Part shown: one piece after another, positions 1 to 12,258 of the stretch
Layout: every line of letters starts with the position of its first letter
How positions within the stretch are numbered: the first letter of the stretch is position 1
NCBI RefSeq assembly: GCF_006345805.1
Contig: NC_043008.1
Coordinates: 62,558,001-62,622,000 of the forward strand
Length of the DNA stretch: 64,000 nucleotides
Direction: 5' to 3'
DNA from: Octopus sinensis
Lineage: Eukaryota
Made by a program: the position numbers and the translations under genes
The notes under the pieces: generated by a model
Databases searched by the model: none
The model's input: the letters and a program-made list of their open reading frames with translations, nothing else
What the model was told of the DNA's origin: nothing

Positions 1-44
1 TATATATGTATATATATATGTATGTATATATATATATGTATATA

Positions 45-83
<39 letters not shown>

Positions 84-85
84 TA

Positions 86-125
<40 letters not shown>

Positions 126-134
126 TATATATAT

Positions 135-168
<34 letters not shown>

Positions 169-175
169 CATATAC

Positions 176-263
<88 letters not shown>

Positions 264-295
264 ATATAGATATATATATATATATATATATATAA
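1..295. repeat. (TA)n microsatellite block
   Basis: Near-pure TA dinucleotide tract with scattered G/C interruptions. Confidence 0.98.
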
Positions 296-699
296 ACAAA
301 CTTTGAAAGTGTCAAATGGGTTGGTATTTTAGGGAAAATTCAATAAATTTTAGAAAATTGGGTAAATACACTTAGAAAACAATTTTCAGCAGGCTGCTAC
401 AAATACATTTATACATTAGTTCTTGCTTTTATAAATCCACTGATAATAAATCTATCTGCTTAATGTATCCAAAGTGTGTTGGGATGGAATTTTTATACAT
501 AAAATCTTTTGTTAAATGAATCCAAACCATCACTTGATAAATTCAATTGTAGCTACTTCTTCCTAAAGCTGCAACATGTGGCAGCAAACGAATGAAGTGC
601 TTTTTTTTCACTCTTAAATACTGACAGGTAGGCTCCAGCAACCACAGCCAGCCAGATGCCACGTGGTACGCTCCATCATCCAAAACTAGATCAATAAAT

Positions 700-1610
700 A
701 TGTTGTAGCTCAGAACTGTTCAGAGATGATGGTTCCAACGGATCCCATTCAGGAGATGATAGCCTTGAAAACTAACCAAGGGGAGGCCAAAATCAGTTAC
801 TCGGCATTGTGGATTATACACTTTGGTTGAACAAAATCCAAGAACAATGTTCTGATAACTTTCATCAGAATTCCAAACATCTTGCACAACTGTTCCTCAA
901 CACCTGAAAAAAATTGGAAAAGGCAAGAAAAGGTTAGGTTTGATCCATGTCAGCTGAACGAGATTTAAAAAACAGGCACCTCGAAGTGTGCTCCTTATTG
1001 CTATTTTTACTGGAAAAAGAACCATGTTTGCATTGAATCATTGCATGTGATGAGAAATGGATACTCTTTGACAACAGCAGGAGAACAGGACAGTGATTAG
1101 ATGCAGGAAAGTTACCTAAACACTACTCAAAACTACCATTGCACCCTAAAAAGTTAGTGGTCACTGTACGGTGGTCTAAGAAGGGGGCTAATCATTGAGC
1201 ATTTTTGTAACAAGAAAAAAAAAACAGTATTGCTAGGAAATTGATGGTATGCATTAGAATTTGAAAAAGAAGTAACCCAGACTAGTGAATAGAGATGTCC
1301 CAATTTTATCCCATGACAATGCATGTCCTCATACGTCTCAAGCTATGGTCCAAAATTTGCAAAGCCTGAACTATGAGATATTGCAGCAGCCTCCTTATTT
1401 CCCTGATATCTCTCCAACTGATTATCACTTATTTAAACATTCTGGGCTTTTCATAAGCAATAAAACGTTCTTAAATAGAGAAGAGATAATTCAAGCATTC
1501 AGACAGTTTATCACAGAAAAAGATAAATATTTTTTAAAAGAAGGAATTTATGACTTAGAGAAACGTTGGATAAAGGTCATAAATGAATATGGATTATACT
1601 TTGATTGAAT
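700..1610 (+). mobile_element. Decayed mariner (DD34D, Hsmar/SETMAR-like) transposase
   Basis: Frameshifted translation gives IACDEKWILFDN (~1043-1075), HPKKLVVTV, LSHDNACPH, PPYFPDISPTDYHLFK and C-terminal EGIYDLEKRWIKVINEYGLYFD* (stop 1606-1608). TIRs not identified. Confidence 0.88.
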
Positions 1611-1759
1611 AAATCAGTTCTCTAACATACAAGCACTCACATAGTACTTTACAGTACACTACAGAGAAACCAATACTTGTGAACAAATATACATTGGTAA
1701 CATGTATCATGCTTTCACTAATTGTTTTAACTATTTACATACTTGGAAGCCAACATAGA

Positions 1760-1767
1760 CACACACA

Positions 1768-1835
<68 letters not shown>

Positions 1836-1972
1836 TCTTCCTATCCTTTACTTTCCCAACACATCACTGCACACTTCACCCCAGAGCTCACTCTCTCATT
1901 TTGCAGCCCACTCTTTTTATTTTTCCTTTCCAGATTCTCTCTCTATTATACCTTATATATATATATATATAT

Positions 1973-2065
<93 letters not shown>

Positions 2066-2147
2066 TATATATATATATATGTGTGTGTATGTGTATATAT
2101 ATATGTGTGTGTGTATATATATATACATATATATATATGTATGTATA

Positions 2148-2178
<31 letters not shown>

Positions 2179-2180
2179 GG
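1760..2180. repeat. Compound (CA)n-(CT)n-(TA)n microsatellite
   Basis: Direct inspection. Confidence 0.95.
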
Positions 2181-3937
2181 ATTGTCTTCTTTTCTCAATC
2201 AAACTCTCAGTCTCTACTTATCATTCCCTTTATCTTCGAGTTATCCTTGCTACTTCTCCTCTCCCTGTCTTTCTCTGTCTCTCTCTCTATCTCACATTTT
2301 GTCTTTCTGTACCTCTGTGCTTATTCTGTTTCATAGTGCTTTGTTCTCTATCTTCATGTCTAACTTTCTACTGTATTCTCTCTCTCTCTCTTTTATTCCC
2401 TGTTTCATTCTCTTGAGATTTATTGCACTCCTTCATCATCATTATATCCTTCACATCTCCCTTTTACTTTCAGTATGCAGCTCTCTTGTTTGATATCTAT
2501 ATATATCTATACTATCAACTTATCTATCTGATTATCTGCTTACTTATTGATATACATTATCTTTCTCTCTCTGTGTATATAAATATATGTACATAAGTCC
2601 ATACATACACATAGATATGCATGAACACACACACATGGTCATATACACATATATACACATATATATATATATTATGTGTGTATATATTATATATACACGC
2701 ATGCATGTATATTATATGTGTGTACATAATATATCTATGTATACCACATACACATAGATTTATCTATCTCAGTAGGTTAGTCTTTTCTATTAAAATACTA
2801 GCCAATCTATATAGCATTCTCAATATATTTCCAATCTTGTTGAAAGCATCACATGACAAACAGAAATTTTAAATTAATCTTTGAACTTTTGGAATTATAT
2901 GAACAACTACAGCATCAACAGCAACATCAATACCAACAACAACTGGCAAATCCCTCAACAGAAAGTTTTTTTTGTGAAAATATAACTATTTTTCTACAGA
3001 AAGTATCAGGAATAACCATAAAGAATATGGTTATCTTGAGAAATATTCACCATTTTTTTCTTCTTTTAATATATTCTCTGAGTTTTGTTCAATTCAATCT
3101 ATATTCCCCAGACGCACATTTTATAACCAACTTTTGCAAAAAGCTTTCCATTTCTTCAGAGAATAGACAGACATTTCTTTACAATTTATAACTTCAATTT
3201 TGTTTTGTCGTTTTTTTGCTTTGTTTTTGAATTGGTTTTATCTGGAGGAAGGGGCCCATGCTCCTGGTCTTTACAAGCCCTCTGAGACAAGTTATATCAA
3301 TACACTAAATTTTTCTCCGGAATATCTTTGAGTGAAAAAACCTATTGAATGGTATAATTCTAGAGAGGATACATCATGGGGAGGAAGACCTAGGATTAGT
3401 GGTTAACACAGGATTTGGACAAAATATATCTGATCAGAGAAGAACAGATATGTGTGAATCAGAAGTACCTGAGTAGATGTAACTAAAAAACAAATCAGCT
3501 TCGAAGAGTTGAGAGCATTAATAATAGGGGTAAAAATAGAAACGCAGAGAATGACTAGAGAGGGCAAACTTAAGCCAGAAGTTGGGAGTATTTTGGTGAA
3601 TGAATTCATACCAATAATTTCAGTGACCGTTCTTTAGATGTGGCCCAAAATGCTTCTGAGTTTCCTGATTTGAAGCTGATTGAAAATTGCTTATTGAAAA
3701 TTCTCAGACAATGTGAGGAAAAAGAGTCTAACAACTAGCGAAGCATTGTTTGATGTCATTAAATTGGTTTGGTGAACTGAAATAACTACTGAATTGACTT
3801 TTAAACTGGCTGAATAAAAGATTCATTGCATAGATTTTTTTTCTGTTTTTTTTTTTTTTTTCCTGTGGGGCAAAGTGAAAATACACAAAGTATTCAGAAA
3901 TGATGGTTGAAACTTGTTATTTTTAACTGTGTTGGGT

Positions 3938-3991
<54 letters not shown>

Positions 3992-4554
3992 CACTACTAC
4001 TATCATATGCTCAATAAAACAGTTCTTTCTTCTAAAATGTTGTTTTTCCTGTGAAGTAAACATTCGTGGAGAATTCTGTGGATACAACTTCCACCTCATC
4101 TTTACCTCCTCTTCCTCATCATCATCATCATCATTATCATTCACCCTGCCATCACCATCGTTCATTGTTGTTTAAATGCCAACTTTCTCATGCTCGCAAA
4201 CGAGCAGATGAAATTCAATGATGCAGATTTTCTTATATTCTTCCAGTAACTGACACCTATTTCCATATAAGGTAATATTTCTTTTAGTGGTTTGAACAGA
4301 AACAATATATTGGTTGGGCATATATAAACAGACATGTGCATGTGTTCTGCTGCCTGTCTGTATGTGTACATAAAATTTGTGCAACTGTTTACAAATTCCA
4401 TTCATAAGGCATTGGTCAGGCCCAGGACTACAATACAAGATACTTACTTGTCCAAGGTGTCATTCAGTGAGACTAAACCGAAACTCATATGGTTTGGAAA
4501 AACAAGCATCCTAACCATGTAGCAACACACAAGGACACAAACCCTAGTATACAT

Positions 4555-5200
4555 ACATCCTCCTCCTACTCCTTCTCATCATCATCAACAACCACTTTCC
4601 ATGCTGGACAGATTGACATGGGCTGGACAGATTGACAGGCGCTAGCAAACCGAAGGAGTGTACTGAGCTCCATTGTCCTCTTTGGCATTATTTCTACAAC
4701 TGAAGGCAACGAGCTGGCAAAATTGTTAGCACACCAGGCAAAATACTCAGTGGTATTTCATCTGCCACTATGTTTGGAGTTCAAATTCTGCCAAAGTCGA
4801 CTTTGCCTTTCATCTTTTGGGGTCGATCAAATTAAGTACCAGTTACGCACTGAGGTTGATGCAATCGACTTAATCCCTTTGTCTGTCCTTGTTTCTCCCC
4901 TCTATGTTTAGCTACTTGTGGGCAATAAAGAAAAAGTTATTTCATTTGCTGCTATGTTCTGAGTTCAAATTCCTCCAATGTCGACTTTGCCCTTTGTCCT
5001 TTCGGGGTCGATCAAATTAAGTACTAGTGAAACACTGGGGTCTATGTAATCGGTTAGTCTGCTCCCACCAAATTTCAGGCCTTGTGCCTTTAGTAGAAAA
5101 GATTATTTCTACAAGTGGATGCTCTTCCTAATGTCAACCACTTTACAGAGTGTACTGGGTGCTTTTTATGTGGCACCACCAACACTGTGTTTACCAAGAT
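4555..5200 (-). mobile_element. RTE 3'UTR/tail fragment interrupted by a SINE-A dimer
   Basis: Reverse complement of the ...GGAAGGGCATCCAGC...CCATGC..(GAT)n tail seen at 15960-16106, split at a duplicated ATTTCTACAA (~4690 and ~5106). Confidence 0.6.
4704..5105 (+). mobile_element. SINE-A (tRNA-derived, Meta-domain-like core) tandem dimer
   Basis: Head GAGCTGGCAAAATTGTTAGC, B-box-like GAGTTCAAATTC, core GTCGACTTTGCCTTTCATC..GGGGTCGAT..AAGTACCAG; second 5'-truncated unit from ~4937. Confidence 0.85.
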
Positions 5201-6030
5201 ATGAGCCCTCAACTAATGGCGTAGGGGGTAGTATTTAAGAGAGTGACATTGAGCAGAGTGATGGAAGGCTAGAATAGGAATAAGGAGACAGAAATAGGTG
5301 TCTTGTGGTGTGCAGGAGACACATAGCTACCTCTGTTGGAGAGAGAGATAAGATGGTGAAGATGTGATGGGACGTACACTGAAGTAGCAAGACGTCCTCT
5401 TTCTATACACACACACACACACACATGCGCACACACACACGTAATACAATAATGTTTGTTTCAGAAAAAGAATTCACATAAAGAATTTTGCAAGTCAGAT
5501 ACAAAAATGAACTATTCCGATGTTTCTTCCACTTCATACTCAGCAGTGACAGATTCTGTAAAGCAGCAGTGAATATGTCATAATTCTTTACAGAGTGGTT
5601 TCTTTACATTCTGAGTTCAAATCCTGTGAAGGCCAACTTTGTTGAATGAATACAGTCAATAAAATATCCACCTATCCAGTATTAAGGGGAATATATTTTA
5701 CTGTAAGAGTCATGGAAAAATTTCTTGTGTAATCTTGGAGATTTAATTCAAACGTATGCTGTATCATGAGTGAAAAAAAAAAAATCAGTTTATAGATTGT
5801 ATTAGAAGTTGTTACCTGAATTACAGGTTACTTGGAGAAGATTGGATAGATTAATTAGATCATACCAGAAAAGATTGAGACTCTTTGGAAGAAGTGATGT
5901 GGAATTGGAAGGCAGAAAAAAAAAATAATAATAAAAGGAAGCAGACCTATATTGCTGACACATCCAAACTATGCTTACATGGAAAACTAGATGTTAACAT
6001 TCTCCTCCTTTCTTTCCTCATAACAATATC

Positions 6031-6074
<44 letters not shown>

Positions 6075-6935
6075 TAATAATAATAATAATAATAATAATG
6101 ATAATAATAATGATGTTAATCATCCAATGATCAACATCATCATCATCTTTTTGGTGATGATATATTTAACCAAATCAATCTGTGGTTCTCTCAGCAGACA
6201 AAACTTGATATATATCATATTGTTGCTTGCTATAAGTACAAATGTATATAAAAATTTAATGAAGAACAAGGGAGAAAAAGAATAGAAAAATAAAAGAAAA
6301 TAAATAAATAAATAAAAATTCCTATTATTTTTGGCAGAACTTGATTGATTTAAAGTCACAGAAATTTCTTCTTAACTGTAGCTGTCTGAAAACAATTTGT
6401 TTGTACTGATTTTAAACATGAGTGTAAATAGATAGTGACTGGACTGTCGTAGCGTTTGATTTTTTTTTTTCCTTTTCTATTTTAATTACGTTTTGGCTTT
6501 CTAAGCAAGAAACTTTTTACCATGGAAATGTTCAACAACCTCTTCTTAATTAAAAGATCTGTTCCATGTACATCTACATAGACTGTAACTAACAGACTTA
6601 TACGGTGGAATTCCAATGTTTCACTTTGATTTAACACAATACTTCACATAGTTGTTTTTATTGTCGTTGTCGTTATCGTTATTATTACTATTATTGTTAT
6701 TATTGTTATTATTATTATTATTGTTATTATTACTATTATTGTTATTCTTGTTATTATTACTCTTATTGTTATTATTGCTATTATTACTATTATTGTTATT
6801 ATTACTCTTATTATTACCTTCCCAATCACAGCATTACAGATGCCATTTAGCTCGTGTTATTCATAGTATAGAGTCACTTCCTGTCACTTTAGGTACCTTA
6901 GAACCTTCTTATGATCTTCCCTGATATTAATAACC

Positions 6936-7150
6936 TATTTCTTTAGTACCCACAAGGGGCTAAACACACAGAGGACAAACGGATTAAGTCGATTATATCG
7001 ACCCCAGTGCGTAACTGGTACTTATTTAATTGACCCCAAAAGGATGAAAGGTGAAGTCGACCTCGGTGGAATTTGAACTCAGAACGCAAAGACAGATGAA
7101 ATATCGCTAAGTATTTCGCCCGGCATGCTAAATTTTCTGCCAGCTTGCTT
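6936..7150 (-). mobile_element. SINE-A
   Basis: Reverse complement of the family head, core and AAAGAAATA tail. Confidence 0.9.
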
Positions 7151-7532
7151 TTTGAAGTAGTGTTGTATTGACTTCAATCCCCATCTTCTTCGTCCACCCT
7201 TCCAATTTGCTGGTAACTGAACCAAATGACTCAACATTTTCTGCCGTACAATATATAATTTCGATCTGAATCCACAAGTCATATCTACCAGTTTTATGTT
7301 TCTTTGTTTTCTTACTTTGTTATCAAAGTCGCTCATCTATCAGCAGACAGGTTCACTTCTTACCTAGGAAGACAATATTAAGTCTAGAATTTTCAGTTGT
7401 GCCGAGAGTCAGTATCTTCATTTCACATGACATCTTTGCTTTGTCATTATTCAGAACCTTTAAGGTGGTGAGCTGACAAAATTGTTTGCATGCTGGGCAA
7501 AATGCTTAGCAATATTTTGTCTGCCACTACAT

Positions 7533-7849
7533 TATTTTTTATTTATGTGCCCTTTTCAAGCCTAGCCAGGCTCATGAGCCCAGTTTCCCGGTTTCTGTGG
7601 TGTATGTGTTCCCCCCAGCTGGACGGGACGCCAGTTCATTGCAGCTTTACTCAAGAAACAGGAAGAAAGAATGAGAGAAAAAGTTGGGATAAAAGAGTAC
7701 AGCAGGGGTCGCCACCACCCCCTGCCAGAGCCTTGTAGAGCTTTAGGTGTTTTCGCTCAATAAACACACACAACACCCTGTCTGGGAATCAAAACCACGA
7801 TCCTTCGACCGCGAGTCCGCTGCCCTAACCACTGGGCCATTGCGCCTTC
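7533..7849 (-). mobile_element. SINE-D (tRNA-derived) nested in an older SINE-A
   Basis: Minus-strand head GGCGCAATGGCCCAGTGGTTAGGGCAGCGGACTCGCGGTC with A/B boxes; flanked by near-identical CTGCCA(C/T)TACAT at 7521-7532 and 7850-7861. Confidence 0.85.
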
Positions 7850-8039
7850 CTGCCATTACATACTGAGTACAAATTGTGCCGAGTTTGATTTTGTCTTTCA
7901 TCCTTTCGGGGTCGATGTGGTTAATTGTCCCCCTCCCCACAAAAATCCAGGCCTTTTACCTAGAAAGGATTATTCAGAGCCTTTGCAGCTTTGTGTTCTT
8001 ACTATCTTTCTAAGTGGTCAAAAGTGAGGAGCTGGCAAA

Positions 8040-8480
8040 TTTTCCACTGAAAGGTAGCTACAACAGTGTTATACCACCGCCTTCTGAAGAATTTTTGTAT
8101 GCATTTTGGGTACTCTTTGTCATATGTGCAACTGTCTCATCATATGTATTGCAGTATCTACATTTTCTATCGATGGTGTCTAGATCAATCACTTTCCTTA
8201 TGCATCTTTTGCTGCCAGGCTCAGACCTTTGGTTTCTCTCTTCATCCAATCCAATGTTTTGCTGTCACAGTCACTTTCAGTATTCCATTAGAACTGTCCA
8301 TGCAGGTTTTTTTTTTTTTTATATGCCTGTCTAGCTTTTCTTGATGTAATTCTTCATTTCACATTCTTGCACCAAGTATTGATTCTGCCAGCACTGTTTC
8401 CAATAATTGTCCGTTGCTTGTCTCTATATATTCTTTAGAGACCAGTTTATTTCTATACTCACACTAACTTTTCCACCTCG
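8040..8480 (-). mobile_element. R4/Dong-like non-LTR element, C-terminal zinc-knuckle region (decayed)
   Basis: Minus translation shows NLHGQF and DRKCRYCNTYDETVAHM, matching the K-LHGQF and CRxCxxxxETVxH motifs of restriction-like-endonuclease LINEs. Confidence 0.6.
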
Positions 8481-8551
8481 AAGCCCCCTTTCTCCTTTGA
8501 TCTCTCTCTCTATATATATATAAATATATAGAGCCTCTCTCTCTCTCTCTG

Positions 8552-8588
<37 letters not shown>

Positions 8589-9086
8589 TTGTATGTGCAT
8601 GTGTGCATGTATTTATTATTGGTGAAGGCCTGTTTATAGTGTTACCCTGGGTTTATCACCATAAGGAGTATCTTTATGGCATATCATCAGATCCTAAGGC
8701 TTGTTGGCCTATGGCCTCTTTAAAGTATGGAGGGGGAAAAGAAATAGATATAAACAATGGGTTTATCTCCTTCTTCTGGTGGTCATTGGCCTGTCATTGG
8801 CTTCCAGCTATGCCATCTTCTTCAGCTAGGCCACTTGACAGCTCAGAGGGTAGAAGGTAGGGGGTTATCTCCCACTCTCATTAGCTATCAATTACCAGCC
8901 GTGGTGTAAATATTATTGCTAATAACTAATGTTCGTCCTTCGGTTCGAAGATGACCAACAATACTGCTATTATCGTTATTATACACTTCCCAAAACACTA
9001 ATAAGAATTTCGTGAAATGCAAGCACAGCCCAAATATCTCCGTGTGTGTATATATATATATAATATATATATATATATAATATATA

Positions 9087-9128
<42 letters not shown>

Positions 9129-9133
9129 GTATA

Positions 9134-9175
<42 letters not shown>

Positions 9176-9399
9176 GTTTTTTTTACTTATATATTGATTA
9201 TTCATATTTATACTTTTTGAGATCTAGTTATGTGTTTTATAAAAATATATTTTATTTGTTATTTATGCTTTGGTTTATGTCTCACTGTTTGAGTTGCATA
9301 ATAGTGGCTTTAACTCTAATTTATATTTCATATATATATAAGAGTGCAGTGCTTAGTACATTGCCGAACATTTTCTTGTTCCCCAGTCTATTTTTACCA

Positions 9400-11030
9400 A
9401 TTCTTCCTTTGTTCATTTGATGATGCCAATGCTATATCTGATGACGGATACTGCTCTGCAGTTTATAGCACTGAAAATGTTCAAAATGTTGAGCTTTGGC
9501 TCTTAGAAATTTTCTAATCCCCCAGTAGTATTTGCTCAGTGTTTTGTACTCCAGCATTTTTTCCTTGACATCTTTGGCCTCTAGAATACCAAGAATATTT
9601 GTTTTCTCCTTCCAGATTTATTCCTTTCTTTGCTCTGTCATTTAAAAGATTGATTCCATTGCAGTAGTGGTATTTTCCTTCTCCCAACTTGTCTTTACCA
9701 AAATCCATTTTAATTTATTCACAGAAAATTCCAGATGTATTCACCAATGAAGCTAATGCTTTTATATTTTGCCATAAAGCTTAATGTTATCCATAAACAC
9801 TAAATGGTTTATGGTCCCTTTGCCCTTTCTGAAATCACAGCCTGCTTTCTGTTTGCTCAGAGTTGGTGACATGGGTATTAGCGATAATATAAACAACAAG
9901 CTGACATACTATCCCTTTGAAAGAAACCATGTTTTATTTCAACCATCACTAAACATATTCCCCAAGATGTTAACTTGAATTTCGTACAGCTTCCAATAAC
10001 ATTTTATCTTTGGATTAATTCTAAAGAGGTCTTGACATTTGATGATCTATGAGCAGGAACCACGTCAAAAGACTTCTTATAATTGATTCACACTCAGCCA
10101 ATTTATCTTGTCCCCTTTTTCAGTTTATGGTAATCCTTTCTGTATCATAAATTGATCTTCGGGGCCTCTGGATTGCTTTCTGAAGGCTCTTCCTGGTGGT
10201 TATATGTCTCTTCAGAAAGTATTCCTATGAATATTTTCTAGATATTTGTCCTTATCTGTCATGATAAATATCATACTCCCTATAGTTAGTCATTCAGGAA
10301 CAGTCTCTGCTAGCATAACATTTCTGCTAGCGTAACTTATATTCTTATACAAAAAACACTTGTACCCCATCTGGGTCAGATGCCTTCCAGTTGAATAATT
10401 TCTTGATCTGTTTCAAGAGAAAGACTGGAACAAGCCTGGCCTGATTTGTTCATCTCTCTGGCTTATCTTTTCTCTGTTCACATTATCCATTCTGTGTTCT
10501 CGTGGTTTATCACTCCACACTTTTATGCTCTCCTCTGCATCTATTATTGCTTAATTCCCCCTCTCTATTCCTTCTAAATTTATAAACAATCGTTCTTTTT
10601 TTTCCCCTTGAGTGATGTGGGGTGAATGTATTGGAACTGTCTGTTTTGTTGCAATTTTTCTGTCCTTCTTTCACATCTTTTGATCACTGTTTTTACTGCT
10701 TTCTCTTGGTTAAGCTCTTTGATTATTACTTTTCACATCGAATGATGTTTCCTTTCTAGTCTTCTATTTTTGTTTTCCTTTTATAGTTACATTCTTTCAA
10801 ATAGTAAAGTCAACTCTCTTCTAAGGGACTCAATGTGCTCTGAAACTTTGCTTTCATCAGTTTTCCTTCTTGTCTCTGTACTTAGATCGTTTTACATCCA
10901 GCTCTCTCAATACAACCTGAGCAAAGATTGTTAGTCATGCTTTTAATGTCTGCAGCATGTATAAAGTAAATGAGTTCATCTACTTCTTTAGATTTCTCTT
11001 CATTTTCTTTCTCTCTTTCATCTTAGATAT
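9400..11030 (-). mobile_element. R4/Dong-like reverse transcriptase remnant
   Basis: Frameshifted minus translation gives WKASDPDGVQ (cf. WKAPGPDGVQ), FQRDSMS (cf. FQGDSLS), INHLVFMDNIKLYGK (cf. INHLLFMDDLKLY) and a KYLGILE-like motif. Confidence 0.7.
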
Positions 11031-11109
11031 GATTACATTGCAAACACAATTCAACAAATATTCCACTGACATAACTTATCATTTCATTTGAAATAATAAT
11101 ATTCCATTA

Positions 11110-11530
11110 AAGCAGCAAGTTGGCAGAAACGTTAGTACGCCAGACAAATGCCTAGCGGTATTTCGTCTGCCGCTACGTTCTGATTTCAGATTCTGCCGAG
11201 GTCGACTTTGCCTTTCAACCTTTCGGGATCGATTAAATAAGTACCAGTTACGCACTGGGGTCGATGTAATCGACTTAATCAGTTTGTCTGTCCTTGTTTG
11301 TCCCCTCTGTGTTTAGTACCTTGTGGGTAGAAAAGAAATAGAAATAGGTATTTCATCTACCATTACGTTCTGAGTTCAAATTTCGCCAAGGTCAACTTTG
11401 CCTTTCATCCTTTCAGGGTCGATAAATAAAGTACCAGTTACACACTGGGATCAATCTAATCGACTTAATCCCTTTGTCTGTCCTGTTTGTCCCCTCTATG
11501 TTTAGCCCCTTGTGGGCAATAAAGAAATAT
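11110..11530 (+). mobile_element. SINE-A tandem dimer
   Basis: Full unit 11110-11346 followed by a unit starting at GGTATTTC (11347). Confidence 0.9.
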
Positions 11531-11591
11531 ATTATTTCATTTGAAAACACCTTTAATAATTCCTCAGTTTCTTGATTTACTTTCCCAATGA

Positions 11592-12195
11592 AAGTGAGAC
11601 CATAACATTGTGGCCTATGGCAGGGGTGTAACCAGCCCACTTATGCATACCTTTCCTTCATTGGACACTAAACTCTGCTTGCAAAGACCTGTTGAGGTAA
11701 GTGAAATCAAAATCAAATTCAATGACTGGCATCTGTGCTAGTGGAGCGCTAAGAGCACCATCTGAACGTGATCGTTGCCAGAGCAACAAAGTGGCTTCTG
11801 TGCTGGTGGCACATAAAAAGTACCATTCGAGTGTGATCATTTCTTGCGTCACCTTACTGGCACTTCTGCTGGTGGCACATGAAAAATCATTTGAGCAAGG
11901 TCGTTGCCAGTGCTGCTGGACTGGCTCCTGTGCAGGTGGCACATAAAAAGCACCATTTGAGTGTGGCTATTGCCAGTACCACCTGACTGGCTCTCGTGCC
12001 GTTGGCACGTAAAAGCACCCACTACACTCTCGGGGTGGTTGGTATTAGGAAGGGCATCCAGCTGTAGAAACTCTGCCAGATCAGATTAGAGTCTGGTGCA
12101 GCCATCTAGTTCACCACACCTCAGTCAAATCGTCCAACCCATGCTAGCATGGAAAGCGAACATTAAATAATGAAGATTATGATGATGATGATGAT
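11592..12195 (+). mobile_element. RTE 3'UTR (5'-truncated copy) with five ~64-bp repeats and (GAT)n tail
   Basis: GGCAC-TAAAAAGCACC-type cores at ~11753, 11816, 11881, 11945, 12011, then GGTATTAGGAAGGGCATCCAGCTGTAGAAA and GATGATGAT tail, as in 15047-16106. Confidence 0.8.
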
Positions 12196-12196
12196 A

Positions 12197-12230
<34 letters not shown>

Positions 12231-12258
12231 ATTATATATATAACATATATATATATAT

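Noticed and set aside
3630-3780. Possible Tc1 WP..PDLKLIEN motif
   Set aside because: Single short degenerate motif with no supporting DDE context or TIR.
5838-5936. Open segment VTWRRLDRLIRSYQKRLRLFGRSDVELEG after an AG
   Set aside because: No convincing donor, weak acceptor and no recognised homology.
8641-8690. Minus-strand hammerhead-like CUGAUGA plus GCCAUAA/UUAUGGU stem
   Set aside because: GAAA core is broken (GAUAAAC) and stem I cannot pair. It could be a decayed copy and is worth rechecking against a family consensus, but it is not supportable here.
9426-9470. CUGAUGA...GAAA spacing (also isolated CUGANGA at ~16013 and ~63457)
   Set aside because: No properly placed stems I-III; chance matches inside other elements.
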